Source: Lytechinus pictus (Eukaryota). From it: a stretch of DNA of 64,000 nucleotides. A model generated the notes under the pieces. It did no database searches. It was not told the origin of the DNA and worked only from the letters and a program-made list of their open reading frames with translations. This document shows positions 38,456 through 52,096 of the stretch, one piece after another. Each line of letters opens with the position of its first letter. The stretch's first letter is position 1. A program made the position numbers and the translations under genes. The stretch covers positions 3,348,001 to 3,412,000 of the forward strand of contig NC_087261.1 of assembly GCF_037042905.1 (NCBI RefSeq). Reading direction: 5' to 3'.

Positions 38456-41400
38456 TTGACAATACAAAGAAGGAAACTGTGAGCATGCTTCCCTTAGCAT
38501 GTTTTGAACAATGATTTATTCAGCAATGAATTTAGGTGCAATTTAAGTCACTCTTATTATTTTTGTTTTATCCAAGTTTCGTGCTTCAGTGATGAAAAAT
38601 GCCAACATTTTAAAAATTCATTTACTTGCGCTTTTCACTTTCTGAATGACTTTTCTTCTAATACGCCTTGAAAATATCTCAATTGGATTTTCCCCCCATT
38701 AAAAGGATGAGATTTATGAATGGCATTTGGGGCTTATTTTGTTTTTCTTTCCCTTCCTTGAATTTAAGCAGCAATAAATTAAGCTTGCATAACAATGAGC
38801 CAAGCATCGAAACTGCTCGCTGGAGTCCAAAATTTTGCAAAGCTAATAAGCTTCCATACCACGCTTCAGTTGCGAATGATAGGAACTCTGCGTCTTATTC
38901 CACTTGGGGAGAGAGGGAGAGAGAGAGAGGGGGGATGGAAGATGAGGAAACGGAAGACCAGAGAGAACGGTAAGGGATGTGTAAGAGGGAAAATGAGGGG
39001 AGCAAGTCTGTGTTGAATGAAAATATAAGAGGGGAATTATATTCCCTCAGTGGTTCGAAATTCATCTTGACTAATTGCATGTAGTCCAATTATGTAGCAC
39101 AACTGATGCTGATATAAGAGTGATGGAGGGATGTAAGGTTAACCCCCTTACTACCGGTCTCCAACGCCAGCATGCTCCTTTCCATGCCCAAAGGGTTAAA
39201 GACAGGTAGATGTAATACCCTTTCATAGACCATACAAAGTGACTGTTGGTTTATTATTGAGAGTCGTTTTCAAGTCAGGTATAAAATCAAATTAGTCTTA
39301 ATTTAGGGTAGAGGGGAAGAGCAAAGACGAGATGAAAAGATTTGGTATGGAAGAGCCTGGATAGAAGCGTTGGTAGGCAAATGGCATCATTTATCACTTC
39401 TTTGTATATTTTATCTTTAATAGGGTTTGAAGGGGAAAGAATCTTGGAGCAGAATAAAAATTCTGACAAAACTGATGAATAAATCACCAGAGGGAGATTC
39501 AAGGTGGATTTATCAAAGAGCATTTTATGGTACTTCCATAATCGCAGTTGTCATGCCTTTTATTGCAAGGCTGGTTTGAAGAAATGTATCAATTTATTCA
39601 TGGGAATAGATTATATTCTATGAAGGCCTTATTCCTCTTCATTACTTGATGAATTTGAATATTCCGGGAAAAGAAGTAATTTTTTATCCCTTCTTGGAAT
39701 AATTTTCCTGAAATCTTAACTCATCCTGAGATAAACCATCTAGATACAAATACAAGCAAGGATAAAATAAGGGATCTGTTTCGCTTTGCTTTGCTCTACT
39801 CTTTGTAAAAGAGTTCACGCTGTAATATTCGTTGCCGACACGTCCAGTAAATGAATATTGTTTCGTATTCTAACTAAAAGTGCAATCTTACATTTTGCAA
39901 ATACTTGTTTATACTTTCAAAGTGAGGTTTCAGGAAGAGAGGAAACATGCATTGCATGAATATATCATTGATCAAACTATGCACATAAAGGAGTAACAAA
40001 CAACATAACAAAAACATTAACAAAAAAATCATCTCAAAAGACTGAAATTGTCATAAATTTAACAAAGCAAATGCAATTGCTTCCAAAATCAGACAAGCAA
40101 GCAAAGAAAAGATTATCAATTGAAGGGGGCACTTTCCAGAAAAAGAAGAAATCACTTTAGCAATATTTAGCAAGTGGGTAAGGGGGGGGGTTGCAAGTTA
40201 TGTGTCTGTCCCCCCCCCCCCCATCTTCGCCTTCATATACATGTACATAGTATATCAAAAGAAAGATACATGTGTGTGTCCTTGGAAACTATAGCCAATT
40301 TAAACAAAATATAGATTTAAAAAAAATTGAAAAATAAGTTAAAATGCAGACCTTGATAGAAAACCTTTTATCAAGGTTTGCATCTTAACAAATTTTGTCT
40401 AAGTACTTTTATAATTTCTTTTTTTTCTAGGTTTCAAGTATACATTTCCCTTCAAACTCATTTGTGAATGTGATTTCAAAAATGAATTTCGAGGGAATTT
40501 TCTAATCAAGATGCTAATAAATCAATAATGTCCCAATTTCTCTCAAACGAGGGTGATTTGTTCTGTTCAAACAGAGCTTGTTTACACAGCCGTAAAGAAA
40601 AAAGCGGCCCTCATCCCCAACAGCACACGTAGCAACTCAAATTGTAGCACATCGCCACATTCACGATGACATGGTTTTGATTGCGAGAGAGGATTAAATA
40701 TTAACCTCGAAGTGTGACCAAGAATATGATGAAGATGCCATTACTTGATTGCGTATTATCAATAACTGGCTTTTAGAGGTCTGTAAAGTGAGTTAAGATT
40801 GATCGTTGGTTGTCCAGGATTGAGACGAGTCTATGGTCTTTTGCAATCTTCTAATAAAGAGTCCTTGTGTAAACTTGAATTGACTCAGCTTAAAATGGGA
40901 TGCACATCAAGAGCTCGGAGAGACAAACTGGCCAATTTTTGGCCCGTCTCGTGCTTTATGTTGATTATACATTTCTTGATTCTGAACATGAATTTATATG
41001 TCACATGAGGGGCCATTTTCCAGCTGTGTTTTTTCTTTCCAAATTTTGTTTTGTCTTGACCCGAAAACAACTTCTTTAACACATACTTGTAGCGCTTGCA
41101 CAGAATTTTCATGGCATTTTAATAGCTTTATTAGATTGTACACTTTCTCTTTGTAATTCATTAATTCATAATCCAAACCAAATCGCGCAGCTGATTTCAT
41201 AAAGAGTGTCGGTGTATAGGTGTGGTATCCGTTACATAATCGTACAGATAAAGTTTAAGAAAAGAAACCAAGAGAAAAAAGTAAAACAGCGACAGAAAAC
41301 AGACAAGATGAGAGGAAAAGGAAAAAGTAAATTGTGAAGTTAAGATTACCTGACAAACATGATTTTTTTTAATTACCATTTATATGGTGATCTTTTATCG

Positions 41401-42565
41401 AGAGAGCTTTTAGGCTTCTGGAAAATACATGTTTCTTGATGACTAGAAACTTCTTTAATTGTTGCAGAACCATTTATGAGAAATGTGAAGGTTTTTACCC
41501 TCATAAAAATCAAAACAATTTTTAAGTTATTCATTATTTGATATATTATATGAAATGTGTTTTATTTACCATTGTACAATGAAAGCTACCAGCAAAGTGA
41601 AGAAGATAGGGTTTCTTGCCCTTTCCAATGTTATATATATCCCCACTGAATGTATAGGTAAATGCCCTTCAATGTCCTTTTGAACTTTTCTTTAAAAATT
41701 GTATTTTTTCACATAAAATCAAGATGTTTACTGCACAGTATACATGTATACCAGCAGTAAATATGCTTCACATACAAACATGCTTTTAACCCTTTGCAAG
41801 AAAATTTTTAATTTTTAGTTTAATTAGTTTTCTTCTTTATCTCTGTACCAGCGAAGCTTAGTGATAACTTTTCATATTTCAGTACCATAGATCTACAAAA
41901 TAACTGGTAGTATTGATGGTGCAATAAGGAAAATAAATTTCAAATAAAACATCAAAGAACAATATTTGTTATTATTCCTTTAGAAATAATTCGGCATGCA
42001 AAGAGTTAAACATTGACACTCCCTCCGGAATTCTCTCGGTATCACTTAGAAATATAAACTTAAAAGTTAAACAGGAAATTTGAGAAGTAATATATGAGGG
42101 CATAGTTCTATATGGAATAATGAAACAAACAAAAAAAATGCTGCAAAAGTGGATAAAAGATATAAGTAAAATTGGGATTAGTGACAGACTGTTTGGATGA
42201 TTGATCAATTTGAGTTGCCGAGAGATGATAGAATTGCTGGTATTTTTTAAATTTTGTGGTTATGCTGGGTTTTGTTATGTTAAAACAATTGTACACTATA
42301 TCACATGTAAAACACATGTATGTTTGTACAATTTTATCAAAATTTAAAGTTGAATTGATTTGAACTCAACATTGCAAATGTACATTTTTAAAGGACATTT
42401 GAACTTGGGTAATCAACCACTTTCAAGAAAGTAATGCAATGTATGTATCTGACTTCTTCAGGGCCCATTGCCAGCAAAATTCTGAGAAAATACATGTAGC
42501 CCCCCTCCATCTATCACTTCTCTCTCAGTCTCTCTCTCTCTCTCTGCCTACAAACATATTGTACA

Positions 42566-42762
42566 CACTTGCGGATCCAGGGGGGGGGGAAGCCAGCCCG
42601 TGCCCCACCCCCCCCCCTTTGAGAGGCGCAACTGAAATTTGTAATGTAAAAATGCAGTTGAAATAGAAGTGTGCCCCCCTTTTGAAAGTAAAGACCATTT
42701 TATTTTTTTATTTTTTTCTTGTCAAAATGTCCCCCCTTTGGGAAATCCTGGATCCACGTTTG
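42566..42762. mobile_element. hAT-type MITE
   Basis: TIR CACTTGCGGATCCAGG / CCTGGATCCACGTTTG; perfect 8-bp TSD ATTGTACA. Confidence 0.88.
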
Positions 42763-43376
42763 ATTGTACATGTACATTAACATCATTTGCAGTTATTTTC
42801 ACTGTGCATTCTCAAACCCAAATCTTCAACTAAGGATAGGGATATTTGTTCCTGTTTTCAGAATGTTGAATAATCTTGTCATCTTTTAGCTAGATTTTAG
42901 AGCAAGCGCCATGAGCGCCCAGCAGAGGCGCTTACCGCCCCTATACAAGAGCCCATCATCATCCAAATCAGTTGTCTGTATGTACAACCATAATGAACAT
43001 GTAGTTTGTGTCATTGCAGCTACCATAGCAAAGTTTCCTGAGCATGAGCGCATGAGTGATAAAATCAGATTTGAGGCAACCATTGAGCAAAGACAAACAG
43101 AAGAAATATGTCTTCAAAAAAATGTGATGTTTCAACTCGGCATATTGACACGAGAAAGGACAGATTTAAGGCAAGACCCCACTTTTTCTTATTTGATATC
43201 ACAAGTGAAAGAAATCTAGATTGCTTTTATCTAGGGCAGTTATTTCTAGCGATCTTTTGGTACCCTACCCTTCGCGCGCTGTGACCTCAGCTCGGGGCAC
43301 TCATCCAATGTCCGAGGTTATGGCAATCGCATGCACTGTACTACTGTAGTTGTTAGGTATGACACTGTCTCTGATA

Positions 43377-43837
43377 TGCTTTTCACACTGCACATATTTT
43401 CCTTAACCCTGGGAAATTGGTGGAGCTAAGGGGGGGGGGTGGGACTTAGCCCCACCAATTTCCCGGGGTTAAGCTTGGCCCACTTCGCTTTCAACAAAGT
43501 GGGCTAGCACAACAGTTAATAGGATGGTACTATCTATCTGGCCCTGCAAAAAAGCAGGGTTAGCCGGCCTATTGCAGTGCTATAGCACCACAATTATGGT
43601 GCTAAGAGATGCGATATGAAACAAAACCAGGCTAAGAAAAAGTGGGGCTTAGCATTAGCCAATCACAGAAGTCGAAATTGCACGTTTTGTATGATAAAAT
43701 CATCAATATTCATGAGCCGTGCGATAGTCAGGGATTAAGGCGTTAACCCCGGGTAAGCAAATAGTATGGGGTTAAGAAAGACCGTGTGAAACCCTCAAAA
43801 GATGGTATGGGGTTAAGGAAGTGCAGTGTGAAAAGCA
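43377..43837 (+). mobile_element. MITE family C, copy 1
   Basis: TIR TGCTTTTCACACTGCA / TGCAGTGTGAAAAGCA flanked by TA; inverted relative of 61620-62106. Confidence 0.9.
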
Positions 43838-45567
43838 TATAACTACCCTTATAACCATGGATACATACATCTCAATGCTGTGTGTAAATAGATCCATGTA
43901 ATTGTTATTGAATTATTACTGTATGTAATTTTGAAAGACATGAGCCTGTTTCTGTTTCCAATATTATGCAATGAAGAAGAAGTTAGAACTTGGATAGCCA
44001 GTCTCTATCCATTTTATCAACATTTCTTAACATGTCTCTGACAGAGGGTGTAAAATGCAGAATGCATTCATGCCTTCTGTAAACCTGTCAAAATTAATTA
44101 TATATTTCATAAAGAGCGTTGAGAATCTTGTTTGAGTCTTAGTTCAGCGATCGATGCTCTGATGGTGAAAGTCTCTCCCAAATCAATACAAGATCCATCC
44201 TTCTACAAAAATGTCTCTAAACTCTATTAGCCAGTTTTAAAATCATGCAATTAAGCGGAAAAGGTAAATTGGGGAAGCCCTCGGATCCAATTTACGACAC
44301 GACAGGCTTTCCAGCTTTGCTTGCATTTAAGTATTGATTAATTTTGAGCGTGCTAGAACGAAGCATGTTTACTCTGAAATTGTCCTCTGATGATGATGTG
44401 ATTAATATTCGAAGACCCGGCTTCTGTAGTCTTTGCTAGGCAGCCTCAGTTTGTATTCATTTTCATATGAAATTAAATCTTTCTTTCTATCACTTACACA
44501 CTGCATCAAATTAGATCCTGCATCTGAGTTCATTTTTAACCTTATATCATGATTTTGCTTTCTTAAATGTACAATTCATGTTATCTGCAGTAGCAAGATT
44601 TGATCAGGAAATTTCACATGACTCAATAATTTGAATGACCCCCCCCCAAAAAAAAAAAATGCTTAAACCCTGTATCTCTTTACTACTACCACCACCATTA
44701 CCACCACCACCACATGGGGGGGGGGGGGGGGGGTTACTTTGGGGCTGGCACGATTCTGCCCCCCAAAATGGTTTAAAGAGCCCTGAAAGTCCTCATTAAC
44801 TTCAATGTCAAAATTTATCCAATGTTGCAGATTCCATAGGCAGTAGGTTGCGACAATTACCTCTCCCCCCAAAAAAATATTAAATGAATAAAAATTTTAA
44901 AAAGTAGTATATTTTTCCTGCTAGCTAGTGATGCTACTTTAATATATACTACTGCTAGTAGTATGATACTTCTAATTATCATCTATATAGAGCGTTTCAG
45001 CCATACATTAACAACGGGTATTTTGGTCTGCATCAATTGCCTGTGCAGAATCAGAGCGCATCCCTAAAATGATCGAAATCCGACGAATGTCCAACAGGCT
45101 CCTGTACAAAATTTGCCGTTGAGTATGAGACCATATTCAACAGTCTAGTGCGCATGTGTAAATGCGTGAAATATACAACACGTACAACAATGAGAGCAAT
45201 GCAATGCGCAGCATAGATCACAGTTATATGTACGCCATAATGAACTACAAGTAAGTCGCATGTCAATGACCAAAATTGATCCTAAAGTGATGATGCCATT
45301 TCTCCCCCCTTTTTTTTGGGGGGGGGGTTGTATAGATGATAATAATAATATTGGATGGCTTTATTTCATGAAATACCAGAAATATTCCACTCGTTACGGC
45401 CAATATTTTCCCAAACTCGTGGAATATTTTCCAAAAAAATCTTGGAATATTTCTGGTATTCCATTCTGGGCCATCCAATATAATATAATTATTCCCTGCT
45501 ACATGTACATACATCTAACATAACTTTTATCATTACTGTCACTTCTTATACTCTTCTACATCTAAGA

Positions 45568-45700
45568 CTACTACTTCTACATCTACTACTGCTAGTAATA
45601 TGTAAGTTGCTTGTATTCCTAACATCACTACTTCTACATCTACTACTGCTAGTACTATAAGTTGCTTGTATTCCTAACACTACTATTTCTACATCTACTA
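45568..45700. repeat. ~58-bp tandem repeat, about 2.3 copies
   Basis: CTACTTCTACATCTACTACTGCTAGTA...TAAGTTGCTTGTATTCCTAACA repeated. Confidence 0.85.
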
Positions 45701-46819
45701 TACTTTTACATAATTCCACATTTTCATCAAACTGTTGCTAGATTCTATTGCTTTATGGTACTAGAAAATGCCACAAGATCATTGATCATATAGAATTCCT
45801 TATCTTAAAATAATGCATTATTTGTTACAATTTTTCAAGTTTTCCTGTCAAGTATATATTGTGTGATTTCCAAACAAGAGTTTCACTATCTATTTTCTGT
45901 GCATGGATCAATGCAAATTGTAAAATTGATTATTTCATAGTTGTGACTTACAGTGTCATTTATCTCTCTATATATTGCTTCAGTTCACCTTTGCTACCAG
46001 AAGGTTTATTTTTATTTTTATGGTCTCATTTGTGCAGACTATTCTGTTGAAGACATGAAGTATGATACAAAAAAATCATGGCCTTACAATATATTTTTCC
46101 CCCATAAATGCACAATAAATGGTCTCTCAAATAGTGAAAACATTTTTGCTGCTCTGTTAATTACACTAAAAAAAGGCCCATTTATCATTTTGAATCACAA
46201 CAAAGTCTGCAAGTCGAGACTTGGTTGCCTGTGTACACAACAGACACATGTCGAGGTCTTGCATTACACAATGTCGCACAATAGCAGTGGATGCGGAGTC
46301 CCCTGCTTTGCATCATCAAACGGCTTTCATGCTCGTGTTGGCTCGTAAATGAATCCCATCATTCAATAGAATGCTAAGGAAACAGCTGCGAGTGGCAAGC
46401 GAACGCTTATAATGTTTGAAGATCGCCTTTTCCCATGGATTTGAAAGTTGGTACAGGGCGTGCTAACAAAAACAAATATGAACGAAACTGGACTTCGATA
46501 TCATCTTGATTTCCATGTAATCAGTTATATAGTTATATAGTTATAAAACTTATATATCATAGTTACGTACATGTATGAAGATTTGATTTGTGTGGTGCTA
46601 AAATCCCATAAATTCAAAGGATCATGTTTATTGCTTCATTGACTCTGGTGTTTTTAACTTGTACAAGGTGTGAAAGAATGTTCAAAACCTGTGAAAGACT
46701 GTACACCCAATCAATAAAAAAATATGCTAATAATCTTATTTTTGAAAAGAAGTTTAATAGGAAGCACAAATATGATACTTAGTCATTTTATAAAGAAGTC
46801 TTACATATGTGTATGCTAA

Positions 46820-47205
46820 ATTTTAAGGATTTAAAATAAATCCAGATCTGCTGTGAAATAGTGACCGGCTGATAATTGGATTTATTTTTTAATCTTAAGG
46901 ATTGAATCACATCCTTGTAGCATTGCCAATGGGAGGATCTCCATAGCATTAGTGATTGCAATATTCAAATGCTCATAACTTTCTCATTATTTGTCCGATT
47001 TTGCTAAAACTTTCTTTGTTCTTATTCTTTGATTTTTCTGTTTTGACACAAGCCTACTTGCTCCAAAGGTTTCATTCCCCTTTAAATTGAAATCTGTTTA
47101 AATGTAGCTTTATATTTAAATCCCAAAGGTTTAAATCTAAATCTGATATTCTGATGGTCACTGTTCACAGCTGATTGGGATTTCTTTTAAATCATTGGAA
47201 TTTAG
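46820..47205. mobile_element. Old hairpin MITE with a Kolobok-type right-end fragment (46950-47085) inside
   Basis: Inverted arms GATTTAAAATAAATCC...GCTGTGAAATAGTGACC / GGTCACTGTTCACAGC...GGATTTCTTTTAAATC; internal ...TTCCCCTTTAA end. Confidence 0.55.
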
Positions 47206-47782
47206 AGTGCATATAGAGCAATGACACCATTGTGTGGAGATGAGCTGATCAGCGCTGACCCATTTTATTTCTTATTGTACTCACAGGTTTAATGATAAAC
47301 TGCTTAATCATGTACAATGTATCTGTATTACACTGCCCTTATATTTATACAGTAGACGAGCTATAAAATAGTCATGAGTTTACATGTACAACATTCTTTC
47401 GAGAGGGATAATCAACATTCCAGTTTCACATCAACATTAGATAACATACAACCAAAAAAAATTCTGAAGTGCATTTCCTTTTTATCATTTGATGGATAAG
47501 CAAAATATATGACAACAAATCTGAGAAATTTGTGTTTTATTTGCAACTATAGTTACTTCAACATTATGGGAAGTCACTTGTAATTAAGGCTTTAATAGAG
47601 AACTATGGAAGATAGAAAAATTATGTACATCTTTATGAAAAGGGCTTTTCTAGAAATAATTTAATTGCAAATTAAAAGAGAAATTGTTTTAGAACTTGTT
47701 TAAACGGTCCATTTGCCTCAAGGCACTATTGTTCTTTTCCAAAGAATGGCCTATCTAAAGAAGTTTGATCATTTGAGACTTA

Positions 47783-48267
47783 CCGCCCTTTCACACAGTA
47801 CCAAAATCGTAATTGAATGATGATTCCAGTGAAAAATAATTCTAATGACAAATTTTTAGCACGTGTGAAACCAAACTAGAATCACTCATGAAAGCTAATC
47901 ACAATTGCAAATTCAAATTCTACTCTTGGAGGTGAATTCCAGTTAAGTTTCACTCAAATTACGGTACGAATTTTACGTCTCAAAGGGTTGACTTCCAAAA
48001 TATCTTTTGAGGGGCGGAGCTTACGTGACCTTTCAAGCACTTCCGTTGATAATACAATTGTCATGCACTCATCATAGTTTTTTTTTGCGATGCAGTGCTT
48101 TGATTGGGTTTGATTGACAAGTCACCAAGGACACAATACCGCCTTTGCTCAGGAATTCGAATTCAAATCACAGTTTTTGAGTGAACGTGTCAATGGTACA
48201 ATGATTCTAAAGAGGAATTGCAATCATCATCACAAAGACGATTCAAGATTCTCGTGTGAAATGGCCC
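47783..48267. mobile_element. PIF/Harbinger-like MITE
   Basis: Ends GCCCTTTCACAC / GTGTGAAATGGC with TTA/TAA flanks. Confidence 0.7.
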
Positions 48268-49895
48268 TAAAAGTATTTTGCAGACAGGACATCAGTCCAT
48301 GATGTCTTTTTATCATATCTGAAGCTATGAACCTGTTTAGGGCCACTTTGCCCAAGATATGATTTTTTTTCTTTTCGAGAATGACCTTCAAATTATAAAT
48401 AAAGTCTACAAGAATTTTATAGATGGGACACTAGACCATGTCTACATAGTCCTCTAAACTTTGCTTCATTAAAAATTAAGGCAAGTCCATCCATCAACTT
48501 CATTCCAGCCTTCTTTCATCTTACCGTCATCTTAATAGCAAACCGGAATAATTATAAACCCCCCCCCCCCCAGCTTCAGTTTAATGATAACAGCACACAT
48601 TAGTAATAAAACATGCAGAGTATATGATGATATAAATTGGGTTGATAATGCATCAAAATTTGCTCAAAAATCAGAGGAAATGTATACAAGTACTATCAGT
48701 ATCACTTTCATGAATACAACATGCAGTTTTGATCATTAATACTCTTTACAAAATTGCTGTATTTTGAGTTGTAATTAAACTTAAAAAAATTGAACTATGT
48801 ACACCATGATTTAATGAGATAGGCCTGTTTGTTCAGTCAGATCTCTTTCAATATCACTTACGATAATTGCATGCAATTTATCTTACACATTGTTTTTATT
48901 TTGTCCGCCTAGCGGTATAGGTGTAATTACTCCTGAAACTTGCTGTGTGAAAGTAACTGAGGAAGCGCACTTAAATGAAACAGATCACTTTTGTTTTGGG
49001 AATAGCATGCTGAGGATGATTTATTACATGTGAGGGTATATCTCTGTAGTATTTATAGTAGTTTATACCTTTAATACAATGCTGTGTTTTAAGTGCTCTT
49101 AAAGCTGGTAATAAAACTACAATATGCAGGGCTGTAATTGTATGCGCACCAATCATATTAGATATAGATGTACATTGTACGTGTAGGCCTACAGTTACTC
49201 CAGTGTTTTTATATTGAAATAGTTCTTTTCAAATCTAAGGTATTGGATGTTAAGTACTTTGTTTACTAAAAAAATACCAACAGGAAAAATAAATTCCATA
49301 TACATTTTACAAATCATCGTCAAGATTGTGAATTCATAATTCTTCTAAAGCAAAGGCAAACCATTAATGATGATTGCATTTTCAGCTTAAAATTTAAACC
49401 TCTGCTTTCTTTGTTTTATGTAATGGACCAGTAATATGAATTTTTATTGAACCCCTCAATGTGGTTTTTTTTTTCAGATAACACAGATAAAAGAGGCTAC
49501 ATACTTTTCTACTATGAAAAATTGTAACCAGTCAGTTTTTATACATGAGAGGTGTTTGCAATGGCTTGGAAGGTTGAGTTATTTAAAGTTTTTATACATA
49601 GTTCATTATGCACATGCTATTTAATACATGTAGCTTCATCTTTGAACCTCTTGTAAATAATACACATAGATTTGCAAGACAAAAATATTTAATATTGAGC
49701 ACAATATATATCAGAAATATTGCATTAATTAGGGTGAAATTTAAAAATTATTTGAATCAAAGAAGTGCAATATTCATGCTCATGAATGTAATGTATCTGA
49801 TACACCACTAAAGAAATCCAATATTATTATTAAAATATTAGTAGTAGTAGTATTATACACACCACTTTCTGGTATTATTAGGCTTGGATACAATA

Positions 49896-50203
49896 GGCTT
49901 GTATCATCACATTGGGTCAGTCAATCGCGTAAACCCGACCATTAAGAGAAAAGGGCCCCCTGAATTCCCGAAACGTCGGGTCCAGCTTACTTGACCATTC
50001 GAGAATGTTGCTTTAACTTTCACAAGACATCGGGTAAACTGGACCCTACCTATTGGGAATTTTCGGTGCCCTTTTCTTGAATGGCCAGGTAAACTTGACC
50101 TGACGTTTTGGAAAATTAGGGGACCCTTTTCTTGAATATGTTGAATGATCTGGTTTACGCAATTGCCCGAACCGTTGCGATACTTGATATGATGACACAA
50201 GCC
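49896..50203. mobile_element. Palindromic (hairpin) MITE
   Basis: Left half (GGCTTGTATCATCA...CAATCGCGTAAACC...AAAGGGCCCCCTGAATT) is the degenerate reverse complement of the right half (AATTAGGGGACCCTTT...GGTTTACGCAATTG...TGATGACACAAGCC). Confidence 0.75.
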
Positions 50204-51854
50204 GATACAATATACATGTACCTCTCATTTGTTATATAGTAATAATTGTTTAACTTTGAACAAAGATAATCCATCCATTTGATACATTGTAGCCACCAAG
50301 TAGCACCATACACGTACATATGATATACGTGCATATAAATCACATTTCATTGGAATTTTTCCTACATGTTTAGAATGATACTAACCTTTATTTCACTTGC
50401 ATACATTTTTGCAGAAAACTATTTAAGAAGAAAGCCATCATACAAAACATAGAAAATTAAATGAATTGATAAACCAAATGATCCTCATCAAGCTTCTGAT
50501 ATCTGAGCAACCTTGTAGATATGTGCATGATCACAACCATTAGCTAAAGATGATGAAGCCTCTCGGGTACATAATCCAGTATCACGCTTTTATCCAGAAA
50601 TGAACATTAAGAGCTTGTGAGACGGATTACAGCTGGTAGTACATCCCGGAAAAATCCTTGCGTAGATGATATGTACAGGTAGTATATGCTTTTCTCTTTG
50701 TTGTAGCTGCCGTATATGTATATATCCCAAGTTAGAAGCTGTAGCAGCATATACCGGACCTGGAAAGTCAGCTGTTAAAGAATTTCCACAGTTTTATTCA
50801 GTATACCATACCACATATAGGTAGTGTAGCTCTGATTGTCATGGTTGACGACAATGGTAATTCCAATTATACAGCAAGAATGCTTAGTATTAACTGGTGG
50901 TTGTTCTGAAGTGGGGTGCTAATACCTGTTCTAAATGCAAGTGTGCATAATTAGTATTGATTGTAAAACAGTCACCTGACGGCCGGCTAACGGAATGCGT
51001 AGAGTCTGCGGACGCACTCCCCCCACCTGTGCGGTGGGGCAGTGTCAGCTGTAGACCTGCACTATGTGTAGTAATACAGTATATGCATGCATGTAGAACA
51101 TGTAAACAAATTTACTGAATATATTAGCCAATTGCATATAGGATCTTGTTGTTTGATGGTAAATAGTGGTTATTGTGGTAATCCATGGATATAATGCATG
51201 CAACTTTTTAACACTTTGGGATAGAACGAGTACATGAGGTGTATCTATTGAAATCATTTGACTTGGGCAGATAAATCTATAATGATTTTTATTTTCATAT
51301 TTCAAGTTTCTTCAATTATTCTCTTTGATGTAGGGAGTGATGTTTAATGAACTAGATATGGTACATGGATCCTATAAAAAGATATTGGTTTTTGTACATT
51401 TTTCAATCTATTAGGTCTCATTATCACACCCTATTTAGAATATTGATTATCAGTATTTGTTCTAAAATTATTAGTCAAACAATGTACATTAAAAAGGTTA
51501 AAAATCAATTGTAGATATTATTCTTATCTCATTATAAGTCCAATGTTGTTGAGCTGTCTTCAGTAGATCTAAACCTATTATTTACCAAATGCAATGAAAC
51601 AATGATTCAACACCCAATTGATGCTCTTCTGTACATTACTAGTATATCAACAGTAAAGTGTTAACATTTATGGTGTAATATTAAACACATGAGATATACA
51701 GCTCTCACACAACACCGACTGGTGTTTTTAACACTATAATTTACACTGCTTACTGCTACAGGGAGGAAGGGGGGGGGGTCAAAGCTTGTTGACTTTTTCA
51801 CTGATACATAAAATTTCCCTAATTACCATCTGATAATTTATATACATGTACAAC

Positions 51855-52096
51855 GTTTAATACAATGTTCTTAGCGCTGCATACTATTACCCCAGCCTTA
51901 CATGTAGCATACCCTGATCGGTCGCTGGAGCATTCATGAAATTTCTTCCTACCAGGTACCCATTTACTTCACCTGGGTGGAGAGTGGCAAATGTAGATAA
52001 ATTCATGCCTTGCCAAAGGACGTGAGTGCTGAGGTGGGATTTGAACCCGGAGCTTGTGGTCCAAAGTCAGGAAACTTTTCCATTGAGCCACAACAC
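51855..52096 (-). mobile_element. tRNA-derived CORE-like SINE
   Basis: Minus-strand B box GGTTCAAATCCC (52047-52036), then CCTTTGGCAAGGC...GCCACTCTCCACCCAGGTG...AAATGGGTACC. Confidence 0.8.

Noticed and set aside
39200-39780. Old LINE or coding remnant
   Set aside because: Only a vague WNNFP-like motif; too degraded to support
42900-43219. 102-aa ORF at 42911
   Set aside because: Its start resembles a LINE/SINE 3' tail (AAGCGCCATGAGCGC...CTATACAAG...CATCATC) and it shows no domain similarity
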